Below are positions 17,023-23,467 of a stretch of DNA of 64,000 nt, one piece after another. The position numbers were made by a program, and so were the translations under genes. Position 1 is the first letter of the stretch. Each line of letters starts with the position of its first letter. A model generated the notes under the pieces. That model was given only the letters and a program-made list of their open reading frames with translations, was not told the DNA's origin and did not search any database. This DNA comes from Gemmatimonadota bacterium (GTDB lineage Bacteria > Gemmatimonadota > Gemmatimonadetes > Gemmatimonadales > GWC2-71-9): the NCBI GenBank assembly GCA_003221035.1, contig QHUB01000025.1, forward strand, positions 8,614 to 72,613. The letters run 5' to 3'.

Positions 17023-17375
17023 TAGGCGAAGGCGCCGGCCTTTTCCGCTTCGATGGCGGCGACAACTTCGGACAGTCGTCCCTGGCGAATCACGTCGATG
17101 GGCCGGCGGTCGCCGAGGTGGGCGTTGGTGCCGCGCAGCCATTTGGCGATGGAGGGTTCCTCGAGGAAGCCTTCGAGCAGCGATACGACGGTATCCAGGC
17201 CGACCAGCTGCTCCCAGTTGCGCGCGGCCGGTGCCTCGCCGCGCTTCCAGCGCACGACGGCGCTGCGATGCACGCCGAGGCTGCGCGCGAGGTCGGCGTC
17301 GTCGGGGAACGCGACTTTGGCGACGTGATAGCGCTGTTTGATCAGCGATTTGTTGGACCGCATGCGTCTCGCCAT
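17022..17375 (-). CDS. Xre-family antitoxin with C-terminal DUF2384 (MbcA/ParS-like)
   Basis: An HTH segment LARSLGVHRSAVVRWKRGE is followed by a DUF2384-like segment WLRGTNAHLGDRRPIDVI. Start is set at ATG 17375 because of the promoter/operator immediately upstream. Confidence 0.85.
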   Translation of the reverse strand: MARRMRSNKSLIKQRYHVAKVAFPDDADLARSLGVHRSAVVRWKRGEAPAARNWEQLVGLDTVVSLLEGFLEEPSIAKWLRGTNAHLGDRRPIDVIRQGRLSEVVAAIEAEKAGAFA

Positions 17376-17411
17376 CTGCGCAACAATATTGTTGCGCAGC
17401 GCGAGAGTCAA
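17376..17411 (-). promoter_or_regulatory. Sigma70-like promoter (TTGACT-17 nt-TATTGT) overlapped by a perfect 24-bp palindromic operator for the RES-Xre operon
   Basis: On the minus strand: TTGACT (17411-17406), a 17-nt spacer, TATTGT (17388-17383), then 7 nt to the ATG. CTGCGCAACAATATTGTTGCGCAG (17376-17399) is a perfect inverted repeat. Confidence 0.55.
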
Positions 17412-17414
17412 GCA

Positions 17415-18428
17415 TTAGCCGCGCCGGCGGCCGGGCTGAGGCGGCGCGAGGCCCAGCGACTGGCGGATCACGCGGGAGACGGCTCCCGCCGCCGGCGGAT
17501 CCAGGTTCGCGAGGACGATCACGTCATAGCCGCCCTGCAGGTCGCCTTCCATGGCGGCGTTGAGCCCGGGCGCGCCGCCCGCGATGCCGACCATCCCCGC
17601 TGCCGGCGCGTGCGCGATCGTGTGGGCCCGCAGCGCGTTGAGCAGCCGGAGCAGGTCGTGCGCGGTCGCGTAGCCGCCGCCCGCGGAGCTGCCGCGGCCC
17701 GGCAAAAAGTCGGTGTTGCGCGTTACCGGCGCCTCTTCGCCGGCCTCCGCCGCCCGTTCGCCGCCCCTCGTATACCCGATGGCGGTGTTCGGCGGGAGTG
17801 AGTCGACAAACCAGCTTCCCGTGCGCGTCATGCCCGCAGGAACGAAGATGTGCTCACGCACATAGTCGTAGTAGCTCTGGCCGGACAGTCGTTCGATCAA
17901 GAGGCCCAGCACGATGTATCCCGCATTGGAATACTGCTCGCGCGTTCCCGGCGTGAACTCGAGCGGCTCGTGCTTGATGAGATCGAAGTAATCGTTCAAG
18001 CTGCGGACGTCGTGGCGCGTCTTGCCGGGGGGCGCCGCGAAGATGTTTCCCTGGATCCCGGAGGTGTGATCGAGGATCTGCCGGATTGTGACGTTTCGTG
18101 CGGTTTCCCTATTGGGATAGTCGGGCCACGCGCGGGCCAGCGAGGAATCGATGTCGAGCGTACCCGCGGCCGCGAGCTGCGTGATCGCGATCTGGGTGAA
18201 GAACTTGTTGATCGAGCCGATGTTAAAGGCCGTTTCAAGGTCGTTCGCGCGGTGCGCTTCCCGGTCGGCCATTCCGTAAGCGCGCTCGGTCAACGGAACA
18301 CCATTGCGCGCCACGAGTACGACCCCCGAGAACTGCTCACGTTTGACCAGACTGTCGACGGCAGCTTCCCAGCTCGCGGCTGCAGTTTGCGCTTGGGCCG
18401 CGATGAGGACGGCATAGATGAGTGTCAT
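17415..18428 (-). CDS. Serine hydrolase, beta-lactamase (class C/PBP4*-like) family, exported
   Basis: It has a signal peptide, the SxxK motif (GSINKFFT) and a YSNAGY motif. Confidence 0.85.
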   Translation of the reverse strand: MTLIYAVLIAAQAQTAAASWEAAVDSLVKREQFSGVVLVARNGVPLTERAYGMADREAHRANDLETAFNIGSINKFFTQIAITQLAAAGTLDIDSSLARAWPDYPNRETARNVTIRQILDHTSGIQGNIFAAPPGKTRHDVRSLNDYFDLIKHEPLEFTPGTREQYSNAGYIVLGLLIERLSGQSYYDYVREHIFVPAGMTRTGSWFVDSLPPNTAIGYTRGGERAAEAGEEAPVTRNTDFLPGRGSSAGGGYATAHDLLRLLNALRAHTIAHAPAAGMVGIAGGAPGLNAAMEGDLQGGYDVIVLANLDPPAAGAVSRVIRQSLGLAPPQPGRRRG

Positions 18429-18468
18429 ACCTCAACAGACGCGTACCGCGGCAGAAAGGTCGCTCCGC

Positions 18469-18768
18469 ATGAAGGCCGTACCCGACAGAACCGAGGATTT
18501 TCTCGCCCAACGGCTCGACGCAGCCCGGGACCTCTATATTCTCGCCCTGGCTCTCGGCGAGCGCGGCCCCCGTCAGTTCGGCACGCTCATTCAGGAAGCG
18601 CGGCTGCATTTCATCCAGGTGATCGAGGAGGCGCGCGTGGCCGGACTGAATACGATCGATATCCAGAACACGCTGGCTTCCCACAATGTGGACCTCGCCG
18701 ACACGATTCGCCCCGATCTCCGCGAGCGACTTGACGAACTGCTGCGCGCGCACGCAAATCCGAGGTAA
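18469..18768 (+). CDS. Hypothetical helical protein, abuts ypdA-like gene
   Basis: It has good GC3 bias and balanced composition. ATG follows GAAAGG, and its stop TAA is directly followed by the GTG of the next gene. No family was recognised. Confidence 0.6.
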   Translation: MKAVPDRTEDFLAQRLDAARDLYILALALGERGPRQFGTLIQEARLHFIQVIEEARVAGLNTIDIQNTLASHNVDLADTIRPDLRERLDELLRAHANPR

Positions 18769-19764
18769 GTGACTTCTTCCGTCATCATCGCCGGCGCCGG
18801 GCCCATCGGCCTGGCGTGCGCGATATCCGCGAAACGCCGCGGCCTCGATCCGCTCATCATCGATGCCGGCGCCATCGCCAATTCGATCGTGCGCTATCCC
18901 GTCAACATGACCTTCTTCACGACGCCGGAACGGCTCGAGATCGGCGGGCATCCGCTCGTCTGTGCCGGCGCCAAGGCGACGCGCGAAGAGGCGCTCAAAT
19001 ACTATCGCGGCGTCGCGCGGGTCGAAGCGCTGCGCGTAAAAACCTTCACGACGCTGATCGACAAGAACACGGTCGAGACGAGGTTTGGCCGGGAACAGAT
19101 CACGTGCGAGACGCTGGTTCTTGCGACCGGCTACTTCGATCACGTGAACAAACTCAACGTTCCCGGCGAGGAGTTGCCGCATGTGCGGCACTACTTCGAC
19201 GAAGCGCATCTGTCGTCGGGCCTCGACGTGGTCGTTATCGGCGGGAAGAACTCTGCGGTCGAAGCGGCGCTGCAGCTGTTTCGCGCGGGTGCGCGCACCA
19301 CGATCGTGTACCGCGGGGCAACATGGCCGAAGAGCGTGAAGTACTGGCTGCGGCCCGACCTGGAGAACCGCATCAAGGCCGGTGAGATCCAGGCGCGGCT
19401 CGGCAGTCAGGTCGTCGAAGTCACGCCGCGGGACGTGCTGGTCCGCGGTGCGTTGGGCAACGAGGAGCGGATTTCGGCGGATCGCGTTTATTCACTCATC
19501 GGCTTCCATCCCGATCTCGACCTGTTCAGTCGGATCGGGATCGCCTTCGATCCCGAAACGGGACGTCCCCAGATCAACCCCGAAACGCTCGAAACTTCCG
19601 TACCCGGCGTCTTCGTAGCAGGCAGTGTGACTGCGGGCAACAAGATTTCGGAGATCTTCATCGAGAACGGCCGGTTTGACGGGGAGAAGATCTTCGGCTC
19701 GCCCGCGGAGCGCAGGCAGGCACGGGACCTATACCAAGGGATTAGAAGGGAAACCGGCGAGTAG
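18769..19764 (+). CDS. ypdA: YpdA-family FAD/NAD(P)-dependent disulfide reductase (putative bacillithiol disulfide reductase)
   Basis: It has the N-terminal dinucleotide fold IIAGAGPIGLACA and VRYPVNMTFFTTPERLEIGG, characteristic of YpdA. A second GGKNSAVEAA nucleotide site is present. Confidence 0.8.
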   Translation: MTSSVIIAGAGPIGLACAISAKRRGLDPLIIDAGAIANSIVRYPVNMTFFTTPERLEIGGHPLVCAGAKATREEALKYYRGVARVEALRVKTFTTLIDKNTVETRFGREQITCETLVLATGYFDHVNKLNVPGEELPHVRHYFDEAHLSSGLDVVVIGGKNSAVEAALQLFRAGARTTIVYRGATWPKSVKYWLRPDLENRIKAGEIQARLGSQVVEVTPRDVLVRGALGNEERISADRVYSLIGFHPDLDLFSRIGIAFDPETGRPQINPETLETSVPGVFVAGSVTAGNKISEIFIENGRFDGEKIFGSPAERRQARDLYQGIRRETGE

Positions 19765-19802
19765 TCCCTTCCCAATCACCACACGCGGGCTAACTTGCGA
19801 CC

Positions 19803-20519
19803 ATGTCCGAACTCCGCGCCGCGCTAGCGGACGCACTCGGCCCTTTATATCGGATTGAGCGGGAAGTACGGCCGGTTGGCGAGTACCGGCTGTTTGTTGC
19901 GACTCAATCCCAAAATGGCAGCGAGCTCCTGGTCAAGATTCTCCCGGCGGCCCTGTCGCTGGGAATCAATGATCTCCAGTTCGAGCGCGCCGTCCTGCTG
20001 GTCGCCGAGCGTCTGCGACATCCCCATCTGGTGATTCCCCGCGGCGCGGGTCGCGCGGGCGCGTTCGTGTATCACACGCGTCCGTTTGTCCCCGGCACGA
20101 CGCTGCGCGCCTGGATCGGCAACAACGGCGCCATTCCGCTCGCGCGCACCGTAGAAATCCTCCGCAGCATCTTGAGTGGTCTCGAATATGCCCACAGCCT
20201 CGAGATCTTCCACGGTGAACTGAAGCCCGAGAACGTCCTGCTCTCCGACACCGGTGTCATGGTGGCCGACACGGGCATCGCCAGCGCGCTCGGTAAACCA
20301 GCGACTCCGCGGAACGACATGGCGGCCGTGCAGGCGCTCACCTACGAGATGCTCACCGGGATGAAGCCCACCCCCGGGCAAGAGCCGCTCGAGCGGACGC
20401 GTTCGCTTCCGCTCTGGCTCTCGGAATGGATGCGCTCGCGTTGGGCCGATGCCGGACGCGCGCTCGCGGGGATGCGGCCGCCGCCGCCTAGCTCCCAACC
20501 TCCTCAGCTCTTCGCCTGA
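19803..20519 (+). CDS. Stand-alone degenerate protein-kinase-like domain (predicted pseudokinase)
   Basis: It is paralogous to the N-terminus of the 7761 kinase (YRIEREV.., LVKIL, LKPENVLL). The Gly-loop is absent, HRD is HGE, DFG is DTG, and there is no APE. Confidence 0.75.
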   Translation: MSELRAALADALGPLYRIEREVRPVGEYRLFVATQSQNGSELLVKILPAALSLGINDLQFERAVLLVAERLRHPHLVIPRGAGRAGAFVYHTRPFVPGTTLRAWIGNNGAIPLARTVEILRSILSGLEYAHSLEIFHGELKPENVLLSDTGVMVADTGIASALGKPATPRNDMAAVQALTYEMLTGMKPTPGQEPLERTRSLPLWLSEWMRSRWADAGRALAGMRPPPPSSQPPQLFA

Positions 20520-20807
20520 TCGTCGCTCTCGCAACCGCCGGCTGACCAACAGAATTCGTCAGGGCTAGCTGCGCCGCGCGAGTCGATGACTCTCACTGTC
20601 AGCGATTCCCGCAACGCGTTGGAGTGTGCATCCGTGTGTTGCCGTATGTGCTGACCAGGGGCCCAACGCGCGCTTACTTTTTTTCGAATCGCTCACCCCA
20701 AGTAGTTAACCCTGACTCATCCCAAAACCGTCTCGTCGGACGATAACCGCGCCGCGGCCACTTTTTTATTCTCAGACGGAGTTACTCCACCAACCGGAGG
20801 CTTTTCC

Positions 20808-20963
20808 ATGTTTGCCGCACTGGCGGTGATCTTGCTCGTAGCCTGGCTGCTTGGGTTTATCGTCTTCCACGTCACCAGCGGGCTCATTCATCTGCTGCTC
20901 GTGGTCGCCCTCGTTGCCTTCATCTGGCAACTCGTTGCTGGACGACGTACCACCAGCGTATAG
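20808..20963 (+). CDS. lmo0937-family small membrane protein (51 aa), not in the ORF track
   Basis: Product: MFAALAVILLVAWLLGFIVFHVTSGLIHLLLVVALVAFIWQLVAGRRTTSV. The WLLG...GLIH.LLV...GRR pattern matches the lmo0937 family. GGAGG lies 7 nt upstream of the ATG. Confidence 0.7.
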   Translation: MFAALAVILLVAWLLGFIVFHVTSGLIHLLLVVALVAFIWQLVAGRRTTSV

Positions 20964-20985
20964 CCACCCATAACTGGAGCTGATC

Positions 20986-21069
20986 ATGGCCCGAAAGAAC
21001 CGCACATCGAGAATTCGCAAGAGTGCTAAGAAGGCGAAGTCCGTGTCCAAGTCCCGGAACTCGATGTAG
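20986..21069 (+). CDS. Candidate 27-aa highly basic peptide (MARKNRTSRIRKSAKKAKSVSKSRNSM)
   Basis: GGAG lies 6 nt upstream of the ATG. It sits 22 nt after the lmo0937-like stop and has weak N-terminal similarity to the next peptide. Confidence 0.35.
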   Translation: MARKNRTSRIRKSAKKAKSVSKSRNSM

Positions 21070-21164
21070 TCAGCGGTAGTCGGGAGCTATCAAGCGGCGT
21101 GCGAAGGATGCGCGCCGCTTGATGGGCTCTTTCACCTGAAACGGAGCTGGGGGGCTGTATCACA

Positions 21165-21296
21165 ATGCCACGCAGACGCAACGGTAGCCCGAAACAGAAG
21201 ACGATCCGCGCCAAGCGCGGGAACAGTCAGTCCGCAGCCTCGAAGCAGGGAGGACGCGGGAAACGGTCGCTCCTCTCGCGTCTGAAGTTCTGGTAA
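21165..21296 (+). CDS. Candidate 43-aa highly basic peptide (MPRRRNGSPKQKTIRAKRGNSQSAASKQGGRGKRSLLSRLKFW)
   Basis: It has a G-rich SD-like run upstream and is followed by a strong terminator at 21384-21424. Confidence 0.4.
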   Translation: MPRRRNGSPKQKTIRAKRGNSQSAASKQGGRGKRSLLSRLKFW

Positions 21297-21383
21297 GTCC
21301 AGAGCAGCGCTCCGCTCGGCGCAGGTCCCTGATACGTGGTAACCGAGCCCAGAGGCTGCTTTTGCAGCTCATACATTGCGGTC

Positions 21384-21424
21384 CCGGGCCAGGATTTTGT
21401 GTATCCTGGCCCGGTCTGTTTTCG
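21384..21424 (+). terminator. Rho-independent terminator
   Basis: An 11-bp stem CCGGGCCAGGA / TCCTGGCCCGG with a 9-nt loop is followed by TCTGTTTTCG. Confidence 0.6.
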
Positions 21425-21480
21425 TGACACTTCCCGCATGCCGTCGCGTATTGTAGCCGTCCCCTACTCGAGTACACGCG

Positions 21481-21678
21481 ATGTTGAAGCCTGTCCTGCA
21501 GCTGGCCGCCGTGGGCGTGGTGGGTATCGTCCTCTTCAAGCTGGCCTCCGTGTTTCTGTTCCCGCTGTTCTTCCTGCTGATCAAGATCGGCTTGGTCGTC
21601 GGCTTGATCATGCTGGCGTTCTGGTTCTTCAATAAGAAGAGTCGTGGTAAGGAGGACACACCTCCGGCTTCTTCATAG
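21481..21678 (+). CDS. Small two-TM membrane protein (65 aa)
   Basis: It has two hydrophobic helices and a charged tail KKSRGKEDTPP, and is followed by a clean terminator. No family was recognised. Confidence 0.6.
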   Translation: MLKPVLQLAAVGVVGIVLFKLASVFLFPLFFLLIKIGLVVGLIMLAFWFFNKKSRGKEDTPPASS

Positions 21679-21697
21679 TGTCAGCCGCAACACAACC

Positions 21698-21742
21698 GAG
21701 GCGCGCCCGGCCTGATTTCGGTCTGGCGCGCCTCGTGCTTTT
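21698..21742 (+). terminator. Rho-independent terminator
   Basis: A perfect 10-bp stem GAGGCGCGCC / GGCGCGCCTC is followed by GTGCTTTT. Confidence 0.65.
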
Positions 21743-21764
21743 CCCTCCGGTACAGGAGGGGACC

Positions 21765-22151
21765 ATGACCAACTGGAAAGCTGTCATCATCTCGCTGGGC
21801 CTCGCCATGGGCTGGGTGATAGGGAATCCGGCGGTCGCGCGTGGACCCGCTCCCGACCCGGTGGCGGAGGCTCAGATGAAGGTCGCGCGCGTCGAGGCTC
21901 TCACCCAGCATCTACGAAGCTGCCCGAGTGACGTCGATGAGATGGAACACCTTGCGGCGCTTTACATGGCGAACGGGTCCGACGATGCCGCGATTGGTCC
22001 GCTCGCTCGAGCACTGCAGCTCGATTCACACAGGCGGAGTCTGTGGGTGATGCTGGATGCGGCACTGCGGCATCTGGATCGCCAGCGAATCTCCGATGAA
22101 GAGCTGGCGCTGCGAGCTGTTGAGTTTCGGCGGTCGCTCAACGGACGGTAG
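21765..22151 (+). CDS. Exported helical (TPR-like?) hypothetical protein, 128 aa
   Basis: AGGAGG lies 6 nt upstream of ATG 21765. It has an N-terminal signal/anchor (AVIISLGLAMGWVIG). GC3 looks lower than neighbours. Confidence 0.65.
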   Translation: MTNWKAVIISLGLAMGWVIGNPAVARGPAPDPVAEAQMKVARVEALTQHLRSCPSDVDEMEHLAALYMANGSDDAAIGPLARALQLDSHRRSLWVMLDAALRHLDRQRISDEELALRAVEFRRSLNGR

Positions 22152-22215
22152 ATAAAACGACGGTAGATACGGCGACATCGTTGGATCTACCGTCGTCTGC
22201 TGTATCTACCGTCGT
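22144..22215. repeat. Nested repeat: 2 direct copies of GACGGTAGAT followed by 2 copies of its complement ATCTACCGTC (alternative hairpins / bidirectional terminator)
   Basis: Copies lie at 22144-22153, 22159-22168, 22185-22194 and 22204-22213, between two convergent genes. Confidence 0.55.
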
Positions 22216-22218
22216 CGT

Positions 22219-22827
22219 CTATTGATCCACCCACGTACTCCGCACGTCATACGTCACGTCATACACGAGCTGATTGATCAGCCGGCCATAGGCGTCGTTG
22301 GGGTCCTTCGCGGAGAACGACGCCATCCCGCCGCTGATCGACAGGCCGCCCACTTCCTCGGTCGACGCCGAGCTCCTGCGCCACAGGATGCCGCCGGTGC
22401 GCGTGTTCACGAGCCATACCGACAGCTCCACGGTCACGGTCGCGCGCACCACCGGCGAGAGCGAGGCTGTCAGGCCGCCGTGCGGCTTTACATTCGAAAT
22501 CTTGAGATGGCCGAAGAACGCGACGGGGCAACCGTCCGAGTCGGCGCCGCCGGCGAATACACGGCTCGAATCCGCCGACGTGAATTCGCGCATCTCGATC
22601 CCGCTCTGCGCGGCGAGGACATACTCCTCGAAGCGATGCGTCGCGAATTCGTGGAGGTTGCCCTTGGCGTTCTCCACCGAGAACTCGAACAAGCCGATAT
22701 TGCGATGCGGGGCGAGATTCAGGTTTGGCGGTAGCAGCACGCGCTGGTGTGCTGGGCTGTGCCCGCCGCCGCAGCCGAAGATGGCGAGGACGATGCAGAA
22801 GCAGATGGCGACTCGCAGGACGCGCAT
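22219..22827 (-). CDS. Lipoprotein, hypothetical
   Basis: It has a lipobox LAIFGCGG and a beta-rich mature part. No family was recognised. Confidence 0.7.
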   Translation of the reverse strand: MRVLRVAICFCIVLAIFGCGGGHSPAHQRVLLPPNLNLAPHRNIGLFEFSVENAKGNLHEFATHRFEEYVLAAQSGIEMREFTSADSSRVFAGGADSDGCPVAFFGHLKISNVKPHGGLTASLSPVVRATVTVELSVWLVNTRTGGILWRRSSASTEEVGGLSISGGMASFSAKDPNDAYGRLINQLVYDVTYDVRSTWVDQ

Positions 22828-22952
22828 GGGACCTCCAGGCCTCGAGGGCTCGGGGGGTGGGGGGGTCCAACATAATGAATGGCGGTCCGGCGGTGGGAAT
22901 CCAGGTCACACCCAAGCGGCAAACAGCGCGTAAAGGCGCGGCAGGTGCGATG

Positions 22953-23450
22953 TTAGGGCGTTTGCTCTCGCGCTGGTCGAGGTACCGTCTCGCCGCTGGG
23001 CCACCGTTCCGTGGGCACGACAGCCGGGACCGGCTGAGCGCGAATGTACGCGATCACCATCCAAATGGCGCCGGGAGACATCACCCCGCCGTACGCCGGC
23101 ATCCCGCGCGGTCGTCCATAAAAGATCGACTGATACAGCGCGCCGTCGGTCCCGCCATACCGCCAGCGACCGTCCACGAGACTCGGACCCACCCAACCGA
23201 GCGCACCGCCGCCGTGACAGCCGTCGCAGTTCATCGCGCTGAAAACCTTCGAGCCGTCCGACGCATTTGTGGAGTCAGCCGACAGCGGACTCTTGATCTC
23301 GACGGCGGGAGGCAGATTGCCGCCCGCGGCGACGTGGTCGGGATAGCGGACCGATGGCGGCGTGCTGCGGCCACCGGACTCGGAACCACGGCACGCCGCA
23401 ACCAATATCAGCACCACGCACGACGCACGACGCACGACGCACGGTCTCAT
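22953..23450 (-). CDS. Class I c-type cytochrome (lipoprotein-anchored), likely electron acceptor of the adjacent PQQ dehydrogenase
   Basis: It has the haem motif CDGCH, a distal GMPAYG Met region and a lipobox LVAAC. The alternative GTG start at 23471 overlaps the upstream stop (GTGA). Confidence 0.8.
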   Translation of the reverse strand: MRPCVVRRASCVVLILVAACRGSESGGRSTPPSVRYPDHVAAGGNLPPAVEIKSPLSADSTNASDGSKVFSAMNCDGCHGGGALGWVGPSLVDGRWRYGGTDGALYQSIFYGRPRGMPAYGGVMSPGAIWMVIAYIRAQPVPAVVPTERWPSGETVPRPAREQTP

Positions 23451-23467
23451 GCGCACGACGCACGGTG

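Noticed and set aside
16480-17415. 311-aa reading of the RES ORF with a 131-aa R/P-rich N-terminal extension
   Set aside because: The extension overlaps the antitoxin gene in another frame and is low-complexity. The internal ATG at 17022 forms the classical TAATG junction with the antitoxin stop.
20586-20654. 22-aa Cys-rich micro-ORF MTLTVSDSRNALECASVCCRMC in the leader upstream of the lmo0937-like gene (RiPP-precursor-like look)
   Set aside because: It has no Shine-Dalgarno sequence, no adjacent modification enzymes, and is short enough to arise by chance. It is kept only as a note.
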